Below, in pieces: positions 39,960 to 47,884 of a stretch of DNA of 55,621 nucleotides. This stretch comes from Propionibacteriaceae bacterium (lineage in GTDB: Bacteria; Actinomycetota; Actinomycetes; Propionibacteriales; Propionibacteriaceae): NCBI GenBank assembly GCA_031272825.1, contig JAISTE010000170.1:1-55621 (forward strand), given 5' to 3'. The notes under the pieces are model-generated. The model was given only the letters and a program-made list of their open reading frames with translations, was not told the origin of the DNA and made no database searches. Position numbers and translations under genes: made by a program. Every line of letters starts with the position of its first letter. Position 1 is the stretch's first letter.

Positions 39960-42900
39960 TCATTCGTCGACCAGACGCTGCGAAATCACCTTGGTGACGC
40001 CGTCCTTGCCCATGGTGATGCCGTAGAGCGAATCGGCGATCTCCATCGTGCGCTTTTGGTGGGTGATGATGAGCAGCTGGGAGTTTTCCCGCAGCTCCTC
40101 GTAGATCCCCAGCAGCCTGCCGAGGTTGGAATCGTCGAGCGCGGCCTCCACCTCATCGAGAATGTAGAACGGCGACGGACGGGCCTTGAACAGTGCGACG
40201 AGGAACGCGATGGCTGTCAGCGAGCGCTCGCCGCCGGAGAGCAAGGACAGGCGTTTCACCTTCTTGCCCGCCGGTTTTGCCTCCACCTCGACGCCCGTGG
40301 TCAGCCAAGAATCGGGCTCGGTGAGCACGAGCTTGCCTTCGCCGCCGGGGAAGAGCCGATCGAATGCGTGGACGAACTCGCGCGAGACGTCCTCGTAGGC
40401 GGACTTGAACACCTCCTGCATCCGATTGTCGACGTCCTGGATGATGTCGATCAGATCGGCGCGGGTCTTGCGCAGGTCTTCGAGCTGCTCGGCCAGGTAC
40501 GTGTGCCGCTCTTGCATGGCCTGAAACTCTTCGAGGGCCAGCGGGTTGACCTTGCCCAGCACGGCCAGGTCGCGCTTGGCGGCCTTCAGCCGTTTTTCTT
40601 GTTCGGCGCGGTTGTAGGGCATCTCGATGGATTCGTCGCCGTCGGTGACGGTAACCGGCTGGTCGGGCCCGTATTCCGCCACCAGCGCGTCGGGCTCGTA
40701 GCCGAGCTCGTCCATCACCTTCTGGGCCAGGGATTCCACCTTGAGCTTGAGCTCGGCCTTGGCCAGCTGATCGCGGTGTCCGGCGGCGGTGAGATCTTCG
40801 AATTCCTTGGCGAGTTCCCGGCCCTTGCGCCTGGCGGCTACGAGTTCTTCCTCTGCCTTGGCCCGACGCCGCTGGGCGGCTTGCTTGTCCAGCTCGGCTT
40901 GTGCGAGGGCGTCTTCGATCTGGGTGAGCAGCCACTCAACGGCCTGCTGGACGGCCAGCGTGTGTTTTTGCTCGACCTCTAGCGCCGCCCGTCTCACCGC
41001 CGCTTGCTCTTGGCGGGATTGCTCGGCCTGGGCGGATCTTTCCAGGGATTGGGCCCGGTCGGCGAGGGCTCGCACCCGCTCTTGAACCGTGCGCAGCTCC
41101 AGCTGGGCCTGCATCTCCTGCTGGCGTTTGAGATTGGCCAGGTCGTTCAGCCGGTCGCGCTCGGCGGGGTCGAGCTCTTCGGCGTCGGGCTCGGCCTGGG
41201 CCCGCTCCAGGCGGCTCTCCAGTGCGGCCAGCGCCTCGCCTGCCTGGGTCTTCGTGGCCTGGGCCTCCTCGGCGGCCTTAGCGTAGCGGGCGATCAGCTC
41301 GTCGGCAGCCTTGGCCGCCTGCTGCAGCCTGGACGCCTCCTCAGCCAGCGCCGCGTGTTCGGCATCGGATTCGTTCAGCCTTGCCAGGGCCGCTTCGGCC
41401 TGTTCGGTTAGCTCGGAGAGTTCGGCCTCGTCTTTGGCCTGGCCGAACCGCAAACGCTCTAAGGCCTCTTGGGTTTGGGCGAGCTCGGCCTCGGCCTCGT
41501 CGACGGCCGAGCGAATCTCGATCAGCGTCTTTCCGCCCTGCGAGCCGCCGGAAGCGAACCAGGAGGAGAGCAGATCGCCTCCCTTGGTGACGACGGTGAG
41601 CTCGGGCAGCTTTTGTACGAGCGCCTCGGCCTGATCCAGATCGTCGACCACCGCGACCTTGTACAGCGCCCTTGCGAAGGCCGGTTCCAGCCGCTCATCG
41701 GCTTTCACCACGTCTATCGCATATTCGACGCCGCCCGGCCAGTTCTCCCGGCCCACCGAGATCGGGGAACCGGCGAGCAGCAGCCCGGCCCGGCCCAGAT
41801 CCTCGCGTTTGAGGTGCTCGAAGGAGGCCACGGCGTTGTCGAGCCCGACCACCGCCACCGCGTCGGAGGCGGCACCCAATGCGGTAGAGATCGCCAGCTC
41901 GTAGCCCTTGGGTACCGAGATGAGCGCCGCAACCTGGCCGAGCAGCCCATCAAGCTGCTCGGAGGTGGCCAGCAGCGCCTCCTCGGCGCCGCCGCGCTCC
42001 AAGCCCAGTTTCAGGCCTTCGACGCGTGCCGCGAGCGCCGCACGCTTGGCGGCCAGGGTGTTTTCCTCGGCCTTGGCTTGCTCCAGGCGCTCTTGGGCTT
42101 CGGCGCGGAGTTCCTCGGCCTTTTCGTAGTTGGAATCGAGCCCGGATTCGGCCGCCGACCAAGTGGCCAGCTTGGTTTCCAACTGGGCGTAATCGTGCTT
42201 TGACTGGGCCTTGCGCTGCTCGGCTTCGGCCAGGGCCTGCGCGTAGCGCTCGCTCTCAGCCCCCGCGGATTCTGCCTTAGCCCGCAGCCCGTTGACCTCG
42301 CCCTCTAGCCTGGCCAGCCCTTCGCGGCGGTCGGCGATGGCCCGCTGCCTGGCCGAATACTCGGCTGCCACCTCCTTGGCCTGAGTTTCGGCTGCCGCGC
42401 GTTCTTCCTTGAGCTTGGCGAGCGCTTCTTCCTTGGAGGCCATGTCCTCGCGCTGCTGCTTCTCGGCGGTGCGCACGGTCTGCGCCTCACGCTCGATGGC
42501 GTGCGGATCGCGGCCCTGGTAATCGGAAGAAAGCGAATCCTTCAGGTGCCGCAGGCGTTCGGCGGCGATGGAGGCGGTGGAGGCGGCGCGTTCCTTGAGC
42601 CCGGCCAGCGAAAACCAGGTTTCTTGGGCGGCGTTCAGCTGCGGGGTGAGCTCCGCGGCCTGCTCCTCCGCGGCCTGCTCTGCGGCCCTGGCCTGCTCAA
42701 GCGCAGCCTCGACGGCCTCGCGCTCGGCCTTCATGCGATCCTCGGCCTCCTGATCGGAGGAAAGCTGGGACGACAAGGCCAAGTACTCGTCTGCGTAGAG
42801 CCGGGCCTGGGCGTCGAACACCTCGGCCTGCACTGTTTGGGCCTTGCGGGCCACCTCGGCTTGCTTGCCCAGGGGCTTGAGCTGCCTGCGCAGCTCGCCG

Positions 42901-43484
42901 AGCAGATCGTTGAGCCGGTTGAGATTGGCGGCGGTGGCGTCGAGCTTGCGTTCGGCCTTTTCCTTGCGCTTGCGGTGTTTGAGCACGCCCGCGGCCTCTT
43001 CGATGAGCCCGCGCCGGGTTTCCGGGGTGGCGTTCAAGATGGTGTCGAGCTGGCCCTGGCCGACGATGACGTGCATCTCGCGGCCGATACCCGAATCGGA
43101 GAGCAGCTCTTGGACGTCGAGCAGCCTGGCCGTGTGGCCGTTGATGGCGTACTCCGAGCCGCCGGAGCGGAACATCGTGCGCGAGATCGTCACCTCGGAA
43201 TAGTCGATGGGGAGGGCACCGTCGGAGTTGTCGATGGTGAGCTGAACCTCGGCTCGGCCCAGCGGCGCGCGGGCGGCCGTCCCGGCGAAGATGACGTCCT
43301 CCATCTTCCCGCCGCGCAGGTGTTTTGCCCCTTGTTCGCCCATAACCCAACTCAGGGCGTCGACCACATTGGACTTACCCGAGCCGTTCGGGCCGACCAC
43401 GCACGTCACCCCGGGCTCGAAGCGCATGGTGGTGGTGGAGGCGAAAGACTTGAAGCCGCGCAGGGTCAGACTCTTGAGGTACAA
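39960..43484 (-). CDS. smc: Chromosome segregation protein SMC
   Basis: GFKSF, GPNGSGKSN, coiled coils, LSGGE, ILDEVEAALD. Confidence 0.96.
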   Translation of the reverse strand: MYLKSLTLRGFKSFASTTTMRFEPGVTCVVGPNGSGKSNVVDALSWVMGEQGAKHLRGGKMEDVIFAGTAARAPLGRAEVQLTIDNSDGALPIDYSEVTISRTMFRSGGSEYAINGHTARLLDVQELLSDSGIGREMHVIVGQGQLDTILNATPETRRGLIEEAAGVLKHRKRKEKAERKLDATAANLNRLNDLLGELRRQLKPLGKQAEVARKAQTVQAEVFDAQARLYADEYLALSSQLSSDQEAEDRMKAEREAVEAALEQARAAEQAAEEQAAELTPQLNAAQETWFSLAGLKERAASTASIAAERLRHLKDSLSSDYQGRDPHAIEREAQTVRTAEKQQREDMASKEEALAKLKEERAAAETQAKEVAAEYSARQRAIADRREGLARLEGEVNGLRAKAESAGAESERYAQALAEAEQRKAQSKHDYAQLETKLATWSAAESGLDSNYEKAEELRAEAQERLEQAKAEENTLAAKRAALAARVEGLKLGLERGGAEEALLATSEQLDGLLGQVAALISVPKGYELAISTALGAASDAVAVVGLDNAVASFEHLKREDLGRAGLLLAGSPISVGRENWPGGVEYAIDVVKADERLEPAFARALYKVAVVDDLDQAEALVQKLPELTVVTKGGDLLSSWFASGGSQGGKTLIEIRSAVDEAEAELAQTQEALERLRFGQAKDEAELSELTEQAEAALARLNESDAEHAALAEEASRLQQAAKAADELIARYAKAAEEAQATKTQAGEALAALESRLERAQAEPDAEELDPAERDRLNDLANLKRQQEMQAQLELRTVQERVRALADRAQSLERSAQAEQSRQEQAAVRRAALEVEQKHTLAVQQAVEWLLTQIEDALAQAELDKQAAQRRRAKAEEELVAARRKGRELAKEFEDLTAAGHRDQLAKAELKLKVESLAQKVMDELGYEPDALVAEYGPDQPVTVTDGDESIEMPYNRAEQEKRLKAAKRDLAVLGKVNPLALEEFQAMQERHTYLAEQLEDLRKTRADLIDIIQDVDNRMQEVFKSAYEDVSREFVHAFDRLFPGGEGKLVLTEPDSWLTTGVEVEAKPAGKKVKRLSLLSGGERSLTAIAFLVALFKARPSPFYILDEVEAALDDSNLGRLLGIYEELRENSQLLIITHQKRTMEIADSLYGITMGKDGVTKVISQRLVDE

Positions 43485-43526
43485 GCTCTCCCCTTCTTAT
43501 CGGCTATGGACACAACGCGCCCGATT

Positions 43527-44099
43527 TTACCCGGCGTCGGTAGTTTCTTCGCTCAGGCGCCCGTGGCGGTTGCGCACGAAGCGGAACGTCCACAGCTTGT
43601 TGAGCACGAAGTTGATCGGGGTGACGCACACGATCACGATGAGGTTCGCCCAGTAGCTCTTGGTTCTGAAGCCGGTGGAGTTATCGAAGATGTCCGACGG
43701 AAGCACTAGCGGTGAGTTCGGATTCATCAGCAGCGTCATGAGCAAGAATCCGACTAGCTGCGCGGCCAGGCCGACCAGCAGGAACGGGATGTACTCGCGC
43801 CAGATGGCCGCCCGGTTGTCGGACTTGAACGTCCAGTAGCGGTTGAGCACGAAGTTGAAGAAGTTCGCAACCAGGAACCCGAGGATTTGATACAGGTAGT
43901 AGTTGCGGATGTTGAAATCGGTACCCGGGATCGGCAGCAAGATGCCGTTGTCGCGCACGCCGAAAACGTCCCTGCCGACGATATTGGCAGATACGAACAC
44001 GGCCATGTTCACGAACACCCCCATGCCGCCGATCAGCCCGAACTGAATCAGCTGCCGGATGGAGTGCTTGTGCTGGCGGTACAACTGTTGAAAACTCAT
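43527..44099 (-). CDS. GtrA-family membrane protein
   Basis: QFGLIG...VN, NFVLNRYWTF, NFVLNKLWTF. Confidence 0.85.
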   Translation of the reverse strand: MSFQQLYRQHKHSIRQLIQFGLIGGMGVFVNMAVFVSANIVGRDVFGVRDNGILLPIPGTDFNIRNYYLYQILGFLVANFFNFVLNRYWTFKSDNRAAIWREYIPFLLVGLAAQLVGFLLMTLLMNPNSPLVLPSDIFDNSTGFRTKSYWANLIVIVCVTPINFVLNKLWTFRFVRNRHGRLSEETTDAG

Positions 44100-44122
44100 C
44101 GTCGGGCAAGCCTATCTGAGCG

Positions 44123-44230
44123 CGTCATCTCAAGCCTGTCTGTTCTGCCGTCATCCAAGGCAATCCATCCGTCATCCTGCGCGCAGTCGCAAGATCTCCG
44201 CAAACACACCCGAACCACCACGTCATTCCC
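44123..44230 (+). repeat. CGTC-type repeat with several CGTCAT remnants
   Basis: Full copy 44169-44198; CGTCAT also at 44123, 44149 and 44221 (last overlaps mutM stop). Confidence 0.8.
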
Positions 44231-45062
44231 TAACTTGGCATCTCGGACACAGGAACGAAGAACGTCCCATAAACGGCTCCCGGACGATCTGGGTGCCGCA
44301 GCGGTGACAGGGCTGCCCCTCGCGCCCGTAGACGTCGAGCGAGCGCTCGAAGTAGCCCGGCTCCCCGTCGGCGTTCACGTACAGTGCGTCGAAGCTGGTG
44401 CCCCCGGCGGCGATGGCCTCGCTCAACACCGCTTTGACGGCATCCAGCAGTCGGCTAGCCCGGGTAACTCCCATCTCGACGCCCGTGGTCAGGTAGTGTT
44501 CTTCGGCTCGCCACAGCGACTCGTCGGCGTAGATATTTCCGATGCCCGAAACTACCCCTTGATCGAGCAGCAGGCGCTTGATCGCCCTTCCAGAACCCGC
44601 AATTTGTTTCGCAAGCTCTTCTTGGGAGTAGTCGGCGCTGAAAGGGTCGGCGGCGATGTGCTCAATTTCGGGCGGCCGCTCGGCTCCCCCGGGGCTCAGC
44701 CAGAGCCCGCCGAACATGCGGGTGTCCACAAACTCCAGGCTCTCGCCCGAATCCAGCGAAAACACCACCCGCGTGTGCTTGGAATGGGGCTCTACACCGT
44801 CGTCGAAAACCCGGAACTGCCCGCTCATTCCCAGGTGGGCGATGAGGGCGTCGCCGTCAGCAAACGGGAACCACATGAATTTGCCCCGGCGTTTGGGTTC
44901 GGCAAATGTGCGCCCGACAAGGGTTTTCTCGAAGTCTTGGATTCCGGCGCTGTGGCGTCTGACCGGGCGGGGGTGCAGAACCGTCACCGCGGTGATGGTC
45001 TTTGAGGTGATTTTCTTCGCCAGGCCGCGCCTGACGGTCTCAACTTCGGCCAGCTCAGGCAT
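44223..45062 (-). CDS. mutM: Formamidopyrimidine-DNA glycosylase
   Basis: [28 protein letters not shown]-terminal zinc finger. Confidence 0.95.
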   Translation of the reverse strand: MPELAEVETVRRGLAKKITSKTITAVTVLHPRPVRRHSAGIQDFEKTLVGRTFAEPKRRGKFMWFPFADGDALIAHLGMSGQFRVFDDGVEPHSKHTRVVFSLDSGESLEFVDTRMFGGLWLSPGGAERPPEIEHIAADPFSADYSQEELAKQIAGSGRAIKRLLLDQGVVSGIGNIYADESLWRAEEHYLTTGVEMGVTRASRLLDAVKAVLSEAIAAGGTSFDALYVNADGEPGYFERSLDVYGREGQPCHRCGTQIVREPFMGRSSFLCPRCQVRE

Positions 45063-45741
45063 GTTCGGCAGAGAGGGCCTCGTAGGCCGATTTGGCCGCG
45101 CCCTGCTCGGCTACCTTCTTCGACGAGCCCTCGCCCGTCTGCGATTTCCACTCGCCGACCTGCACGTAGGCCACGAAGTGCTTGTTGTGATCCGGCCCGG
45201 ATTCTTCGACGACGTACTCGGGCATTCCCAACTCCAGCGAAGAGGTCAACTCTTGCAGCGACGTCTTCCAGTCCAGACCCATGCCCTGTTCCAAGGCCTT
45301 GTCGATCTGCGGATCGATGATGTAGTGGACGAACTTGGAGGAGGCCTCCATGCCGCACGAAAGGTAGACGGCACCGATGACGGCCTCAGTGGCGTTGGCC
45401 AAAAGCGAGGCCTTCTTGGATCCGCCGGTCGCGATCTCGCCCTTGCCGAGCTTGAGCAGCGGCCCGAGTTCGAGCTTGCGCGCGACTTCGGCCAGCGAAT
45501 GAGAGTTGACGACGGCCGCGCGCAGTTTCGCCAAGCGTCCTTCGGGATCTTCGGTGAAGGTGCGGTACAGGTGATCGGTGACGACCAACTCCAGTACGGC
45601 GTCGCCCAAGAACTCCAGCCGCTCATTGTCGGGCGCCCGCCCGTTCTCGTACGCGAAGGACGAGTGGGTGAGCGCCAACTCGATCAAATCAGGGTCGGCG
45701 GAAATCTCGAGCTGGTCTAACAGCTCGCTGAGAACTGACAA
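45055..45741 (-). CDS. rnc: Ribonuclease III
   Basis: [12 protein letters not shown], dsRBD GPDH...SKK.AEQ. Confidence 0.95.
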   Translation of the reverse strand: MSVLSELLDQLEISADPDLIELALTHSSFAYENGRAPDNERLEFLGDAVLELVVTDHLYRTFTEDPEGRLAKLRAAVVNSHSLAEVARKLELGPLLKLGKGEIATGGSKKASLLANATEAVIGAVYLSCGMEASSKFVHYIIDPQIDKALEQGMGLDWKTSLQELTSSLELGMPEYVVEESGPDHNKHFVAYVQVGEWKSQTGEGSSKKVAEQGAAKSAYEALSAEHA

Positions 45742-45745
45742 GGGA

Positions 45746-45937
45746 CTAGACGTCCAGCACCTGACGCAGAGCGCCGCGCGGGCCGTAGTTGCCGCATTCG
45801 GGGCAGGCGGTGTGCGGCAGCTTCTTGGCGCCGCAGGCCGGGTTCGGGCACGTTACGAGCGCCGGGGCCTGGGTCTTCCACTGCGAACGACGAGCACGGG
45901 TGTTGGAACGGGACATCCTCCGCTTCGGAACAGCCAC
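45746..45937 (-). CDS. rpmF: 50S ribosomal protein L32 (Cys-containing)
   Basis: [23 protein letters not shown]...HTACPECG; AAGGAG RBS before GTG at 45937. Confidence 0.95.
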   Translation of the reverse strand: MAVPKRRMSRSNTRARRSQWKTQAPALVTCPNPACGAKKLPHTACPECGNYGPRGALRQVLDV

Positions 45938-46021
45938 AATCTTCTCCTTGCTAAAAAACCAATCGCCGACGTTCGACGCCGGGCCAAGGGGAGAGTTTAC
46001 CCTTTTCCCCGCAGCTGGGCC

Positions 46022-46069
46022 AAACCAAAGCGAAAGGCCGAACCAAGTATGAGTTGGTTCGGCCTTCGC
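46022..46069 (-). terminator. Intrinsic terminator closing the putative large RNA
   Basis: GCGAAGGCCGAACCAA-CUCAUAC-UUGGUUCGGCCUUUCGC followed by UUUGGUUUG. Confidence 0.8.
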
Positions 46070-46440
46070 CGTCCGGGTTGGATACTCCCGAACCGAGCGG
46101 CCCGCTTCACTCGCCTGGCCATCCTCACCAGGCGGCGCCCGCTTGGCGTTCGCCCCACGGAGCTGCGTTTGCCGCTCTATCCGATCCGCGCCAGCCCTGC
46201 CGGGTCTGGCGACCGCCTTTCGGCGGCGAGCCCTGCATCTCTCGGCACCTATCGGCACCTCGACGCTGGCAGTCACACCCACGCGGGGTGGACAGTTCAG
46301 CAACCTCTCGGCCTGAACAGATTCGGAAAACGGTGGCCCTTCCTTTCGGCTGCGGCCCCGCTGGGTACCTCCCCCTTTCGGGTTCGGCCCCGGTGGTGGG
46401 CTCCCCTTTCGGGTCTCCCCCACTCCGTTTCCGGATCGGC
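46025..46440 (-). ncRNA. Putative large structured non-coding RNA (~410 nt), family not recognised
   Basis: Multiple GNRA-capped hairpins readable on the minus strand, nested long-range helices, upstream TTGCGT-17bp-TAGAAA candidate promoter, terminal terminator. Confidence 0.7.
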
Positions 46441-46515
46441 GTATGGACATTTCTACTCGCGGCTTTGGGAACACGCAAGGGTTTGGGCGAAAGTAATCTT
46501 TGGTAAATTTTGGGA

Positions 46516-46670
46516 CTTTAGTCTTAGGCCCTAGTCAGGCCAGACAAGGGGATTTGGAACTACATCAGTGTAGTTTTCCGAGCTTCCAAATCCTGAGACG
46601 CGAACCGGACCATCTCATACGTGGTCCGGTTGGCAACTATCCAACCGCAGGTTCGCCCCGGTTCGCGGTA
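46516..46670 (+). ncRNA. Putative small structured RNA or thpR leader with alternative hairpins
   Basis: Extended -10 TGGTAAATT at 46501-46509; stems 46550-59/46584-93, 46603-46631 and alternative 46599-608/46658-67. Confidence 0.4.
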
Positions 46671-46713
46671 GCGACACGCGCATGGCGCAAAATCGCGCAC
46701 TAGGATTGCGGCG

Positions 46714-47238
46714 ATGCGAATGTTCATAGGTTTTGGGCTCAGCGAAGAGCTCCACAGCGCGCTGGAGGCCGTGCAGCAGCAGCTCCGGACCCAGGGCGTC
46801 AAGGCGCGCTATGTGGCACAGAACAACCTGCACGTGACGCTGTTGTTCTTAGGAGAGGTGGCCGATCCTGCGGTTCCGGCACAGCTGATTGCCGAGGCGC
46901 TGGCTGATTTCCGCGAACCCGTGGAACTGGCCCTAGATGGTTTCGGCGCCTTCGGTGACCGCTCGGTACATGTAACCATCAGGCAAAACCCAGAGCTATT
47001 GGGCCTCCAGGCGGCGCTGGCCGAGCGCTTCGAGCCGCTGATCGGCGCCGAAAACCGCCGATACCGTCCCCACGTAACGGTTGCCCGGGGCGTCCAAACC
47101 AAGGATGCCTGGGTAGAGGTTCCGGCACGGAAGATGCTTGCCAACGAGGTAACGCTCTTCGAGTCCTCGGTAACGAAGGGCCGAAGGCTCTACAAGCCGA
47201 TCTTCACATACCCGCTAGAGAACCGCCGATTCGGCTGA
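46714..47238 (+). CDS. thpR: RNA 2',3'-cyclic phosphodiesterase (2H family)
   Basis: MRMFIG, two HxT motifs (LHVTL, PHVTV), LFES; likely leaderless after TAGGAT. Confidence 0.9.
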   Translation: MRMFIGFGLSEELHSALEAVQQQLRTQGVKARYVAQNNLHVTLLFLGEVADPAVPAQLIAEALADFREPVELALDGFGAFGDRSVHVTIRQNPELLGLQAALAERFEPLIGAENRRYRPHVTVARGVQTKDAWVEVPARKMLANEVTLFESSVTKGRRLYKPIFTYPLENRRFG

Positions 47239-47278
47239 CCCGCCGGAAGGTGGTAGCCTATCCGGGTCACCAAGACAC

Positions 47279-47351
47279 GGGGCATTAGCGCAGTTGGTAG
47301 CGCGTCGCGTTCGCAATGCGAAGGTCAGGGGTTCGAATCCCCTATGCTCCA
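47279..47351 (+). tRNA. tRNA-Ala(CGC)
   Basis: GGGGCAT/ATGCTCC acceptor with G3:U70, D-arm AGCGCAGTTGGTAGCGC, anticodon loop TT-CGC-AA, GGTTCGAATCC; CCA not encoded. Confidence 0.95.
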
Positions 47352-47359
47352 CAAGAAAT

Positions 47360-47402
47360 GCAGGTCAAATGTGGGTAGCGGATCTACATTTGACCTTTAT
47401 TT
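47360..47402. terminator. Bidirectional terminator between tRNA and small ORF
   Basis: AGGTCAAATGTGG...TCTACATTTGACCT followed by TTATTT. Confidence 0.8.
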
Positions 47403-47424
47403 GACGCATATGGTCTGGGCTGGC

Positions 47425-47619
47425 TCACCAGTCGCCGTCGTCGAAGAAGGTTGGGTCATCAGTCCAGTCGTCGTCCTCCACCTTGCAATAGCCGATGAGG
47501 CACGTGCCGAATACGTCAGCGTAGGCACACTTTTGGGCCATGTAGGGGCAGAAGTACCCGCCGAATCCTTTGGGGACGAAATCTCTCGGATCATATCGAG
47601 ACGGATCATATCGAGACAT
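47425..47619 (-). CDS. Small Cys-rich, acidic-tailed hypothetical protein (64 aa)
   Basis: GAGAGG RBS, ATG, four Cys, D/E/W-rich C-terminus, ends just before terminator. Confidence 0.6.
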   Translation of the reverse strand: MSRYDPSRYDPRDFVPKGFGGYFCPYMAQKCAYADVFGTCLIGYCKVEDDDWTDDPTFFDDGDW

Positions 47620-47884
47620 AACTTAGTCCTCTCATGACAACAAAAGACCCGGCACAAAACCCGCGACGCTTCACAAGCGCCCGGTTCATGGGTCGAGTTT
47701 ACTTTCCGAGAGCAACCTTGCGGGCCAAGCCAGGTCATCTCAAGATGGCGATGGCGCTGGGGAACGGCGCGGGGTTCAGTCACAACTAGAGGCGCTGCTA
47801 GCACAGGAAGCTGTTATCGCGCTGCCTGCTCCAAGTCTGTGCGTAAGTCAACAGTGCTCAGAATTGTGAAGAGCTAGATCGCCC

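Noticed and set aside
46095-46178. c-di-GMP-I-like words (GGCAAAC...AACGCCAAGC) in the 3' domain of the large RNA
   Set aside because: No GNRA-capped P2 or tetraloop receptor is evident; resemblance is too partial without cmscan
46025-46440. RNase P RNA, tmRNA, SRP RNA or group II intron
   Set aside because: No GAGGAAAGUCC, no tRNA-like ends or tag ORF, no SRP domain IV motif, no GUGCG start or domain V
45746-46474. 242-aa ORF extending L32 N-terminally through the structured region
   Set aside because: L32 has its own RBS and GTG at 45937; the extension is low-complexity R/G/P sequence that crosses a terminator
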